64,000 bases of DNA from Harriotta raleighana (lineage: Eukaryota), in assembly GCA_050575255.1 (NCBI GenBank), contig JBNZDD010013687.1:4202082-4266081 (forward strand). The letters are read 5' to 3'. Positions 51,311 through 63,859 of the stretch are shown here, in pieces; position 1 is the first letter of the stretch, and every line of letters begins with the position of its first letter. The notes below the pieces were generated by a model. It saw only the letters and a list, made by a program, of their open reading frames with translations. It was not told the origin of the DNA and did no database searches. Made by a program: the position numbers and the translations under genes.

Positions 51311-52139
51311 CAGTAGAACCCCGTTTATCCGTGACTCGAATAATCGGAAAACCTGTTCAACCGCCATCTCAAAAAAAAGTCTCAATCCGATTAACTGGAA
51401 GTTATCCAGAGACGCATTTAATATCGGGTCTAAACTCGTTCCGCATCCTTTTAAAAGTCATGGTTTTTTACCTCGTTCAGATGTGCCTGTCATTTGGAAG
51501 TTAAGTGCTGTGTACATAATAAATACTGCTGTAGGTAGCGGCCAGAGAGATAGGGAGGGAAGGAGTGGGGGGGAAGGGGGAAACAGAGAGAGGGGGAGTG
51601 GGGGGGGGATGGAGAGACAGAGAAAGAGATAGTGAGGGGAAAAATGAGAGAGGGGGAAAGGGAGAGAGAGATAGGGGAAAGCATAATGGAGTGAGAGAGA
51701 GAGAAATGGCAGGCAGGTTGATGCAGAGAGAGAGAGAGAGAGAGAAGGAAGGAGAGAGAGGAAAGGAACGGGTGGGGGCGGGGTGAGGAATTTATATGAT
51801 GGATTCAGACTGAATATCTTTCAGGGTCTGTGTCTGTGTGTGTGTCTGTCTGTGTGTCTATGTGTGTTTGTATGTCTGTGTGTGTGTGCTGGTCATTAGG
51901 TCTAAACTCGTTGCTTATTAATGTCGCATTTTTTACCTTCTGTCGAATCAGTGCTGCAATTGGGAAGTTAAGTATAAATAATAATGTACTAATAGAATAT
52001 TCTGTTATTATTTTGTCCGTTATTAATATGGTATGTGTTAAAATAATGTTAAATTTTTTTATAAATCCGTTCAACTGGAAAAACGGTTTAACCGCCACTG
52101 GCCAGGTCCCGTGGGTGCCGGATAAATGGGGTTCTACTG
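51311..52139. mobile_element. Non-autonomous Tc1/mariner (pogo/Tigger-like) DNA transposon (MITE)
   Basis: Terminal inverted repeats cagtagaaccccgtttatccg / cggataaatggggttctactg with TA on both sides. The interior has GA-rich and TG-rich simple repeats and no transposase. Confidence 0.88.
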
Positions 52140-54402
52140 TAACTTGTTGGAAAAAAGTGTGAATTTCAGAGATTTAAAAAAAAAACAGATGTGTAAAATC
52201 TCAACAGCAATAATATGCCTTTGTTGTTTATATGAGGATCACAGGATGGAGGAAATAACTGCATTATGTTCACAGAGCAAGGTACTGAATTCTCCAAACA
52301 TTGTTTTCTCTATTATTAAGAACAGTATTTGCGTATAAAAATTTGTTCTATTGTACCATTTTCACAAGCTATTAATAAATTTCTACTGCATAATTCTTTA
52401 TAAATTAGATTTTGTTTGCAATAATATAATAAATAACATTTGATTAAAGTATGTTTCATGTTGCACCCAGTTTATTTTTGTTTACCAATATTTACCAGCT
52501 ATATCTTAAAAGATACTCTTCAAATGATTAAAAAAAAAGCAGGTCACCTGATCAGCAGAACGTAAAAACATTCTCTTTTTCATCATTGGAAATGAGAGTA
52601 TTCAAATTATTTTATCATTCAGATAAAAGATTTATGTAAGATTTAAATAAAAAATCTATATAAAATTGCCTTGTTAATTCTTTTTCCAGCCCTCCAATTC
52701 TATTCTGTACATTTTCCAAGCTGAGCCAGATTTATTCAAATTTACTATTATTTGTCTCTCCAATTAATTAATTTGAGGAACATGTGTCACTAGGAGACAT
52801 AGACAAGCATTTTATTGAGCTTCAACTAAAAAAAATCTAATTTGTGGCTGTGAATATGATGGTGAGGAACTTTGTAGATTTAAACACGCCTCTACTAACA
52901 TGTGAGTGTTAACAGGACACATAAAATTAAAACAATATTAATAAGTCATGAATTAAACATAGGTTTTTGTTATTGTGGGGTATAATATGTGGTGATTGTA
53001 AAATTAAACATAAATATAATGGTCCAGAACTGCAGTACTAGTTTACCAACAGATACATAGTCCGGGTCTGTTTAACTGGAATTCAAGTTCAGTTGTATTC
53101 AATTCATGAAACTGCCACTTTTTTGTTTGAATACTAAATTAGAGCATTGTATAGCAATACTGGACTTTGTCTGTTAAGGCAAAACTGGTTGGGCCAGTCC
53201 AACTGTAATGAAGCACATCTCTTATCAACTTGCTGATGACTGGCTATGGAGAGTCTCAATAGAGACTCCCCAGTAATTCTTCCCTCTTCTCTGCAGCTGG
53301 CAAATATTGGTAAACACCAGGAAGCATTGGGTGCAACATTAAAAATAAATTTAAATCCATGAACAAAGTATATCACATTTCTGATTTATTGAAGTTATAT
53401 GTAACCCCTTGCTGAAAGGCAGGGGTGATCAGGTTAAGTTTGTTCAACAACAAAAATATGAACGGATTCAGGTTAGGGTTACTCATAAAATTATGATTTA
53501 ACTTGATCTAACTTTAACTAATTTGGTTAAAATTAATAAAATGAATTTTGACAATAGCTAAACCATTGCATTTTTATTTCAAAATAGTAAGCAAGCAAAT
53601 AGATACAGTATAAAGCTTTATTAACTACTTTCACAAACCAAAAGCACAATTTGATCTGCTTCCTGGTCGAGCCTCTGTTCCCAAGGATGTACAGATGGCA
53701 TAATTATTGCAGTAACAAGGATATCAAGTGACATTAAGGGGAGAATGCAGTGAATGAGTTAATCTTTTCCACTACTGCATTCACAATTGTCCAAATAACA
53801 ATGCCTTTGGTTTTCTTTGTTGAAATATGCAAATACCTCACAGGCAATTTTTTCTTTCCATGTGATTCTTTTGCCAGGATTACATTTTTCATTTGGATTC
53901 ACAATGACTGTAAGCAAGACTAAAAGGAGGCAAGTTAAGCACAATGTCTATGCAGGTCTCAATCAATCAGTTAAAAGTATAATACTGAACTTGGGCAATG
54001 GGGCATTCCACGTCTTTTTAAAAAAAACTTGTGTGCTAAATAAAAGAAAAACTTTAGGTTATGCAGATTCTTTCCATTCTGCTACTTTAGTATAACATGA
54101 ATCATAACTAGCCCCCACCCCCGCAACAATATTAAAAGACCTCACCATCGCAACATTCTCTCTCTGCCAGATCCTACCTTTCCCAACCACTCTACAGCAA
54201 CAACAAAGTTATATTTATAGAGTGCCTTTCATGTCGGGAGGACGTCCCAAGGCGCTGATATAGAGTCCCAAGACTATATCAATAATGAAATGAACATACT
54301 TAATATTTTCTCCAAAATATGTGAAGGTTTCACTTGCTGAGAGCAAATTAAATTGTTGTGGAAAGGTTGAATGCTCAGCAAAGGGAGGAAAGAAACTTAT
54401 AT

Positions 54403-54601
54403 CAAAAACACAAATCAATGGGAACACTCAGCAGATTAGTCAGCAATTATGAAGAAAGGATAGAACTGATAAAGGGTCGTGGACCCGAAATATTGACACA
54501 CTTTCCTTTCTCCACAGATGCTGCCTGACCTGCTGAATGTTCCTGGGATTTCTGTTTTTGTTTCAGACTTCCAACATCTGCAGTATTTTGTGTTTTGTTT
54601 T
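54403..54601 (+). mobile_element. Penelope-like retroelement terminal fragment with inverted-repeat structure and 14-bp TSD
   Basis: Contains cctttctccacagatgctgcctgacctgctga...tttcagacttccaacatctgcag with an inverted partial copy at its left end. It is flanked by aaagaaacttatat at 54389-54402 and 54602-54615. Confidence 0.65.
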
Positions 54602-54624
54602 AAAGAAACTTATATGTTCACTTG

Positions 54625-55827
54625 ATATGGACTGGTGATTTGAGTGTTAATCAGGTACAAACTCATAGGTAACCCAGATGTGCAGTTATGGAATAAGCAT
54701 CTGAAATTAGGCCAAATATTAACACACAATAGAATTTTTAAAAATACTGATTATAGCCTCACTAACGCTTTTCTTATATTACAAGCACTAATCCAGTATG
54801 GCGCCTGTAGTGCAGTGGAACGAGCCGAAAGGCTTGTACTCTACAGCCAACTCCATATCACTTTCTCCTTGAGGCAAGTAAAAGTCATTTGCACATGCAC
54901 ACCAATGCGCATGTATCCACATCCTCTAAACCAATACACGAATGCTGGTCAATTATTAACATTATTAAAGAGTCAGTAGTCCTGTAGGCACTGCTATTTT
55001 TGAAATCTTAAAAGTGGTTCACTTAAAATACATGTTCAAAAAGCTTGCTTTGGACCACCTGCAGCCTGTGCGAGGCTCAAGTGGTGGGAGACTGGGTCTT
55101 CAAGGTAGTCTCACACCACTAACCTCAAATGTACTGGACTCAATGCACTATGCCGCACAGCTGGTACTGGCTTGACAAAAAAATTGCATCAAACATCAAA
55201 CCAATGAAAGCTCCGTGGCATACCTAGCATAAAAATTAAAAACCTTTCGGACTCAAGTCACATACCTAATTCTCATTTCATCCTCTTTGAAATGTATTAA
55301 ACTAGTTTCAGAGGAAATCCAATTATAATGTGTTAGCGGGGATTGGAATTAGGCTGTTTACATTAAAATGATTGACGTTAAACTATCTCAAAATTGGTAA
55401 AAGTAGAAGGAATTTGATGGCCTACACTAAAACTGAAACTGGAGCAAATGCATTTACAGTATATTGCATAAATACTGCTTATAGGATATATGAACTTGTA
55501 GCTGAAGAGTGAGAGTTAATTCAAATGGAAAATATATCATCACTGATATGAGCTCTAGCAGTTCATGCACAAGTGTGACAGACCCACAACTCACAAGCTG
55601 TGTTAATAGATTTATGAAGATATTTTGCAAGAGTGGTGAAAGACTGGCAGGAAGTCTTAGTAACTGGTTAAATACTGTTTGTATATGGACTGGTGATTTG
55701 AGTGTTAATCAGGTACAAACTCATAGGTAACCCAGATGTGCAGTTATGGAATAAGCATCTGAAATTAGGCCAAATATTAACACACAGTAGAATTTTTTAA
55801 AATACTGATTATAGCCTCACTAACGCT
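54625..55827 (+). repeat. 145-bp dispersed direct repeat (54625-54769 and 55683-55827)
   Basis: atatggactggtgatttgag...gcctcactaacgct occurs twice with two visible substitutions. Confidence 0.93.
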
Positions 55828-57049
55828 GGTCCTGTTTGTATAACATGTTTTAAATTAATTCAGCAATATCATCAATGTTGTAAATGAGATAGTGCTGCTT
55901 CATGTGGAGGCTGAGACCTACCTATAGATGAGACATGGTTTTTTTGTCAGTGATTCTGGTGAATGGACTTTGACCACACGTGCAAGTCAATGTTTGTTTT
56001 ACTTGCTGGCATCTGTGAATCTTGTCTATTCACCAGGTTAGGTATAGTGGTCAGAAATAAAGTCACAGGGAATAACTTTAGAACAAAAGTAGTATTTGTT
56101 CTGGTTGCTGTGGAATCTGTATAGCAATATAAATAAGGCAGATCCATCCCAACATAGTGTTACTTCACATGTGTGATAAGTTAATTCTGTGGGAAATGAA
56201 ATTACTAAACGTGCCAACAGAATAAACACCTTTAATTACTATGTTTATATGCTAACTAAGATTGAAAGTCTAACTCTGACTGTTCTTTTTCCTTTCTTGT
56301 TTTATTGCAACAAATCATTCCATTCACATAAGGGTGTGAGTGTTACATTGTTAGGAGGTGTAAAAAGGAGGTGGAGGCCAATTTAAATTGATGCTGATCT
56401 TATAACTTGAAGTGTTTCAGTAATGAGAGATACTGGTGAGAAACTATTAACTTCCCATCATCTTTTTGAAGCCCTTGTGCTGCATGAACCACACACATCA
56501 CAAACCTCATCCCTCTACTACTAAGAGGTATAAATTGATCAGTCCATAAACTCAAATGTCCATTGCATATTGGCAGATAGGCATTATTAGCAAAGCTGTC
56601 TTCTGAAGATTATTAAGAGGCAGTTGTACTGTTCATCATTTGAAAACAGTACATAAAGATAGGAATCTGCATCATAACCTGTGGGTTTTACTTTATGTTT
56701 AAAGTTATCCACAATTCATAAGTTGCATTTGATTATGTCATTTTATATCTATTACTAAAACATCCTATTTTCTTGAACCAGATATTTATCCAGGTCTTTC
56801 TTTTTGAAAAAGTTATTGTACACAAATATCAATTGGTTTTCCTGGGTCTGTACTAACTTTTGGTAATTGGTAGTCAATCAATAATCACTCCCAAATTCCG
56901 TTCCATTTTTATCTTTAACAGTTGAACATCCTGTTAAGGTGCATGGATTCCGTGTTTCATGTTCCAATAGATGTAAGCTCAAATTAATTTACACAATTGA
57001 CAAAAAAAAACTTCAAATGCAATTCAAACCAAAAGTATAGTCATTTTTT

Positions 57050-57560
57050 TCTTTCACATTTAACATTAGGAATTTTCATCATTTTGGTCTCATATCTTAA
57101 ATTTGATTATATTAAAATTGATCTGTGATTCTTTAGATCGATATCTTTTTGAACACTTGGTACGTTCTTTATATTTGGCACTCTAGTGCTCAATTTATAT
57201 CAGCAATTATTACAATATCATGAGATATACTCTCATTAAAGCCATTTATCGCTGTTTGGTATCACCAGGCGATTTTCGATCAAACCAGCTATTATGCCAT
57301 TAATATCAACAGCGTTAACCCTCTTTGAAAGTCTCACATGCAGAACTTTATCAACCGCCTTCTAAAAAGTGGATAGTCTGCATCCACACCCTTCAGTCTA
57401 CTTACCTCCTCAAAGAATTCCAGCAGATTAGTGAGACATGACCTATTGCTTCTAAATCTATGCTGAGTAATGCTTAAGACCTCTGTGTTCTTTAGATGAA
57501 TATTGATAGCTTCAAACATAATGGTCTCAAACATTTTCGCCTCACAAATCTAGATGGCTT
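57050..57560 (-). mobile_element. Decayed CR1 LINE RT fragment
   Basis: Peptide QHRFRSNRSCLTNLLEFFEEV is a CR1 RT signature. Confidence 0.7.
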
Positions 57561-57711
57561 ATACAGTAATTCCTAAATTCAGGCTTTTGAATAGATGGAT
57601 CATATTTGCTATCTTTCAGAGCTCAGGTACAGTTTCCATATTTATGGAGCTCTGATAAATATTAACCAGAGCTTGTCTACTTTTTTCTGGCATATGAGCT
57701 TGAGATCTGTA

Positions 57712-58566
57712 ATAACAACAACAACAACTTTGATTTATATAGCGCCCTCCACGCCAGACGGCGTCTCAGAGCGCTTCAGAATAGCGGATCCCAGGCCTGC
57801 GCCAGGGCATGGATAGAAAGGTGACCAAAGGCGTTCTTGAAGAGAAAGGTCTTCAGCTGGGATCTGAAACTGGAAAAAGAGGGGGCAAGGCGGAGGGAGT
57901 GAGGAAGGGAATTCCAGAGCCTTGGAGCAGAGTGGCTGAAGGCACGGCCAACGAGGGTGGAGCGGAGGATTTGGGGAACATGGAGGAGGCCAGACCCAGT
58001 AGAGCAAAGGCTACAGGTTTGAGGAGAGAGAAGGTCAGAGAGGTGGGGGGGGCAGAGGAGTGGAGGGATTTGAAGATGAGGGTGTGGATCTTGAAATCAA
58101 TCATCTCTGGGATAGGGAGCCAGTGAAGTCTGGCAAGGACTGAGGTAATGAGGGAGCGAAGTTTGGTGCGGGTGAGAACGCGAGCGGCAGAGTTTTGGAT
58201 AAGATGGACTCTGTGGATTGTGGAGGAGGGGAGACCGGAGAGGAGGGCATTGCAGTAGTCCAGCTGAGAGGTGACAAAGGCATGCACCAGGGTTCAACGG
58301 CTTTAGGGGTGAGGCATTGGTTGAGACGGGTGATCTGTCGGAGATGGAAGAAGGCAGTGCTGGTGAGGGACCACATGTGAGGTAGGAAGGACAGTTGAGG
58401 GTCGAACCTGATGCCTAGGTTATGCACAGGGTCGGAGAGTTTTAGGGGCAGACCGGGAAGGTGGAGGAGGTGAAAGCCATGTGAATGGAGACGTTGACAA
58501 TAGCCAAAGAGTATGGCCTCCGTCTTGTCAACATTCAAGAAATATGCGCTCATCCAGCTCCTGATG
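57712..58566 (-). mobile_element. L2 LINE 3' part
   Basis: Peptides [50 protein letters not shown] and [14 protein letters not shown], plus a (CAA)n tail. Confidence 0.9.
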
Positions 58567-59280
58567 TAATTATCAGTAGGAATCTTCAAAATGCCATCAC
58601 TACTATAGATTCTGTAGCTTGTCGCCTTTGGGGCAATGGGGGAATGCAAATAGATGTATAAAAAACCCTTGACTGTATCTACATGTTGAGCTATGGTTTA
58701 AAATTTTTCTCCAAATTTTCTTATTCAAACAGTTTGGTGTGTTTTGCAATAATTCTCAATGCACAACACTGGTGTATTAAGTAATTGAAGGATCAAAACA
58801 TTCATGTTTTCAAGATCTATGCTAGTTAGTTTTAATCCTAGCAGGCACAGGTAGCTCCTGTTTCTTGGTGCAAACTGATAGTTTGAAAAGGATATCTTTC
58901 AAGAGAAACAGAAATGGTTTTCTAAGATTTACATTAAGGCACATCGCTGGGCAAAGTAGAGCATTTCTGTCTCATATTATACTTGACCTGGGAATATGTT
59001 ATACTAATATCAATCACCCTGAAAACTACAAACACAATGTCTACAAGGAGTACTTTCTATGTTTCTGCAAAATATATAGTCATAAGCTTTGTAGATATGT
59101 CACTTCCACGAGGATCACATGAAACAACGATGTACATTCAACAATCCTTGTATTTACAACAATAATAGAACTCAACAGCAGAGCATTGTTTATAAAGAGA
59201 GAAAAAAACATCCCTATGAGAGACAGTTGGACTCCTTTCGGCTCGGATGTTTCTCTTCCCCAATTGTCTGCCTCTCCTCC

Positions 59281-59376
59281 TTGCTCCTCGGGGTCCCATT
59301 CTGAATATTCAGCGCCTTGGGATGTCCTCCCAACGTGAAAGGTGCTGAATATTCAGAATGGGACCCCGAGGAGCAA
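59281..59376. repeat. 38-bp inverted repeat with 20-nt loop
   Basis: 59281-59318 and 59339-59376 are reverse complements with one mismatch. Confidence 0.95.
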
Positions 59377-59429
59377 ATGTAATTTTGTTGTTGTCTGGTA
59401 TAAGGCATATCTCTAGTAATAGTTGCATT

Positions 59430-59760
59430 CTGCATACATGTGGAAATTTACCCCATGTCTGTGGATGATGTCACCAAGACATGTAGAGTTGAATAAGAGG
59501 AGCCCAAGGACAGAGCCCTGAGGAACACAGCACGAGACAGTGTGGAGGCTGGAAGAGAAACCGTTAGCAGAGACAAATTGAAGATGGTGTGAGATGTAAG
59601 ATCTGAACCAGTTAAGGGTAGAACCTTGAAGGTTGAGATGAGAGAAGAGGCAGTGGAGGAGGATTGAGTGGTCCACGATGTCGAAGGCAGCAGAGAGGGT
59701 TGAGGAGGACGAGGAGGCAGAGGGAGCCTCGGTCACATATGGAGAGGATGTGGTTTGTGA
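59430..59760 (-). mobile_element. L2 LINE RT fragment (upstream continuation of the 57712-58566 copy)
   Basis: Peptide LSAAFDIVDHSILL...WFRSYI...VPQGSVLG...HGVNFHMYA. Confidence 0.85.
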
Positions 59761-60239
59761 AAGGAGGAGGAGAATGCAATCATTTTAGCGCAATTTCGTC
59801 ATTCAATCAGTGAATGTTTGTGGGACACCCCAAAATGAAATGGATTCATTTCCAAAAACTATGAAACACAGACTACAGACTTGGTTGCATTAGTGCCTAA
59901 TGTTCGTCTAAAAAAGGTAAAGACATGCAGTTTACCTGTAATAAACTTGGAGCATTTGAATTTCTTCTTGTTGCTTCTTACACCTTTGCAATGCAGCATC
60001 CCTTTCTCTCTGTGTTGCTAGAAGTTGGGACTGCAAATTTAAAAAAAGTTTGTCTAATTTCAATACAATATGCATTTAGATTGCACATTTATTATTTTCT
60101 TAAATACAAAGAACTGCACATTGAAAAGCACTGTAAACAATCATCCCAGTGCATCAATTTACACTGAAGAAAGCATTCATTGTTTGCAAGCTCAAACATC
60201 AGTCTTACTTACTCATTACTTACTTGAGTAATAAGTAAT

Positions 60240-60490
60240 GAGTTCTGTAGCTTAGCGGTTAGAGCACTTGCATTGCAAGCAAGAGGGCATGGGTTCGATT
60301 CCCTGCCAGGGTGAAATGTTAGGCAAGTTTCCTTACTTTACACACCTCTGTTTATCTATCAGTAAGTAGGAACCTGGTTGTTAGTCGGTCGGTAGATCAG
60401 TTTTCTGCTAATTCCTCAAAAAATAATAACAATTTGGTCACTCAATCCACAACTGTTTGTAGTACACTGTTGTGCGCTTATAACTGCTAT
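60240..60490 (+). mobile_element. tRNA-derived SINE variant, 3'-truncated
   Basis: Head ctgtagcttagcggttagagcac...gggttcgattcc. It carries an extra internal segment (approx. 60345-60410) that the other copies lack. Confidence 0.75.
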
Positions 60491-60527
60491 AGGAATCAGA
60501 GATGCCCTGAACTTCCTTATACAGGTA

Positions 60528-61381
60528 CAGGCAGTCCTCAAGTTACGACGTTCCGAGGTATGACAATTCGAAGTTCCGACACTTAGTATCAGTAAAATTA
60601 CGTCCGAGTTACATCCAAAGTCTCAAAGTTACGACACTACTATGTAAATACTTTAGTTGCCCCACGCGCGATAGAAAACTGGAGTCGCCGCTCTCAACAC
60701 TTACGGGACCACGATACGCGTTCAGGAACAGGATGGAGGCGAGACGCGAGTGTGTACTGTACAGGTACTGTGTGAGTCTGTGAGCTCGGCGGTACAGTAC
60801 ATGTGACACCCATTCCAGTATGCCAGACTCACAATGAAGCCATGTAAGTACTGTACATAGTAATATTTTATTTTATTTACAGTACTGTACATATTAGGAG
60901 GGGTGCAGGAGAGAGAGGGCAGCTCACTATACACTACAACCAATCACTGTATGTTACTGTAAGCATTATAGGGGGGTGACTCGACTTACACCACATAATA
61001 ATAATAATAATAATCCTTGCATTCGATATAGCGCTTTTCGCATCTTATCAACGTCCCAAAGCGCTTCACAGAATATACTGTAAAGTGAATTGACTGTATA
61101 TATATTTTTTGGGCGGAACGCGGCAGACAATTGCGCACAGCAGTGAGCCACAAACAGTCGTGGATTGAAAATGACCAATTTTATTATTGTAGTTTTTTTT
61201 TGGAGGGATTATTATTAGGCATGTGGAGTAAGGAAACTTGCCCAAGGTTTCGCCCTGATCTGCCTGGATTCGAACATAGGTCTCATGCTTGTAAGGCATG
61301 CAAAGCGAGTGCTCTAACCACTGAGCCACAGGAGCTCCACATCTTAGGAACCTAACCCTGACGTAACTTGAGGACTTCCTG
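60528..61381. mobile_element. Non-autonomous Tigger-like DNA transposon (MITE) containing a nested SINE
   Basis: Terminal inverted repeats caggcagtcctcaagttacg / cgtaacttgaggacttcctg flanked by TA, with subterminal agttacgac repeats. Confidence 0.85.
60997..61339 (-). mobile_element. tRNA-derived SINE nested in a Tigger-like MITE
   Basis: Near-perfect reverse complement of 49991-50331. Confidence 0.9.
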
Positions 61382-61734
61382 TACATTACAGAATCTTAAT
61401 AATTTCACTGATTTCCTGGTGGTGTGGTGTTCATCACTAGTACCCCAAACTGGAATAATTCTGAATTCCTGTAAATATACAGATATAACTAAGTTATTTA
61501 TCTCTCCCTGTAGGAATTCCAATTACTGTACCACTCCTTGTCAAATCACGTGATTTTCTTACAGGAGCTTATTTTCCTCAACTATGTACCATGACCTCCA
61601 CTAGTGAAAAATACTGGCAGTAACATTATATTTATACATTATACAGATGAACCACTGCAACATTTTCCATCTAAAAGATGAGACAAAGTCAATAAAGTGA
61701 TATATTTCTGTTTACATATTCATCTCAAAAACTC

Positions 61735-62128
61735 CTCTTGTCTCTAAGTCAGAAAGTTATCAGTTCAAGCTCCACAATAGGACTTTGAGCTCAATATCTA
61801 AGTTAGCACTGGAGTACAGTACTGGGAGAGTTTGGCATTGTCAGAGGAGCCATCCTTCGGATAAGATGTTAATTTGTTTAGTTTGACGTTAAAGATCTAA
61901 TGGCACTATTCAAAAAGAGAATGCTATTTGTTTCTCCCGCTGTCCTGACAACAATCCCCCAAATAAAATTGATTATTCACTTCATGGTTGTTTGCGGGAC
62001 AATGTTTTGCACAAATTAGCTGCTGGTTTCACCTATATTCTGTCAGTACACTTTATAGTAAAATCCTGTGAATGATTTTGTCATGCTTCAACGATATAAG
62101 GGACTATATTAAATGTACATATTATTAT
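61735..62128 (+). mobile_element. Old Deu-domain SINE
   Basis: cagtactgggagag...cattgtcagaggagccatccttcggataagatgttaa...taaagatctaatggcactattcaaaaagag...ttctccc, followed by a tail ending in tattattatt. Confidence 0.7.
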
Positions 62129-63439
62129 TCAAATGCATTACTTAAGCACTGTCTTATATATAAATTTGTGTTTGCAAACTCTTACACTCAGAAGGTAACT
62201 AACTTCAAAAAAAGGATTTATTTTAAAAAAAACTTGAGGGGAGACGAGAGGAATGGCATCTAAAGGCAATTAAACAGTTACAGAAAGTAAAAAACAAAGA
62301 GTAAACAGTATAATTCCACCCCTCTAGCACATTTCATGTATAGGGTGGTTAAAAAAAAGGCTGTAAAAGAGATTCATCTAATTGCCAGCCGTTGAAACAG
62401 ATGTGTTTAACTACTCTTATTAACCAATGGCTGGGATGAGAGAACAACAGCTTCACTGAACCAATAGTCAGCTGCCTTGCAGCAATTACCTACGTTAAAC
62501 AGCACAAGTGATGAGGGCAGAAGAGACAGGTCAATGCTGTGCACTGACTGAAACTGCAGGGTGATAAAACTACGAGAACTGAATAATTTTATGAGGAAAT
62601 TGAACTATTAGCTATCATCTTACAACTTATTGTGCTCTTTAGGCCATTTGCAATATGCCAACATTTCCCTCATTAGTAAGTGCCGGGTCAAGATATAAAA
62701 CTTTTAATACTTGGAAAGTGTAACCGACTCTTTATTATCAACTGAACAGTTCACTGGAATTGAAATTGTAGTATCAAGAGTATATCAAGACTATAACATT
62801 ATGTAGTTAGTTTTTGTGAAAAGATCCACCCTGAAAAATAAATTACTTGGGAACAGTAATTTGCAGAATGTATGTAAACTTTGAACTGGCACTACTTTTT
62901 AACCCTTTGAAGTATTGTGACACATCAGCTGACATACATCACAACAGACAATGACAGCCTTTGAAACGTATGTGTGCTTAACGTAAATCCAGCACAACTG
63001 CACTAATCTCTTGCTCCCCATCACTATAGCAACACCCACAAGTAGCAATGGTAGGACAACCGCTTCACGCCACTGCTGCTTGAGTCTTCCGTTGCATTAA
63101 ATCTTCTTATCAGCAGTATTTGCTTACTCTTTTCCCCCTCAATATGTGCTACACATCTGCTTTAAACATTTAGTAAACACTATACACAGCAGGAAGATAC
63201 AGAGCTATAGAACTTCCACACAATTTAAGATCAAGTTACACAACTGACATTACTCAGCAGTCTTTTTTTTTGTAAACTCACTCTTAATGTTAATTCTGTA
63301 ATTGTTACACTTGCTTCCAAAACTATCTGTATTAACAAAGAAATCTCATAAATTGTAGAATATAACCACAGAAAAAATGCATCGAAATAACTTTGCTTTG
63401 GAAGCTGGTTGATATAAAGTGAAACATTAAACCATCACC

Positions 63440-63797
63440 CAGAGGATTCAATTCAAGATCCTGGTTCTCACCTTCAAACTCCTCCATGGCTTTGCCCCAC
63501 CCTACCTCTGCGACCTCCTAAATCCCTACTAACCCACCAGTCCCCTGCTCAGCAGGCTCCGGCCTGCTCCACATTGACCAACCTACCCACCCCACCATTT
63601 GTGGGCGAGCCTTCAATCACTCTGCCCCCAACCTCTGGAATTCCATCCTGCAGTCCCTCTGCTTCATCCCCTCCCTAGGCCTCCTTCAAGTCTCGCCTCA
63701 AGACCATCCTTCCTATTCAATCGGTCACCCCAAATCCCCTCCTTTCCAATTCTCCCGATGTGAAAGGTGCTATATAAATGTAATTTTGTTGTTGTTC
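63440..63797 (+). mobile_element. L2 LINE 3' fragment
   Basis: aggattcaattcaagatcctggttctcaccttcaaa (RIQFKILVLTFK) through ctctggaattcc to the tail gatgtgaaaggtgctatataaatgtaatt(ttg)n. Confidence 0.85.
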
Positions 63798-63859
63798 TGA
63801 TGATCAAATGAGATTCTGTGGCAAGAAAATTCCAGGAATGTCCATCCATCTGCCTCTGT

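Noticed and set aside
51540-51890. GA-rich and TG-rich ORFs (51162-51632, 51565-51786, 51830-52162)
   Set aside because: These are simple-sequence interior of the Tigger-like MITE plus adjacent SINE, not protein coding.
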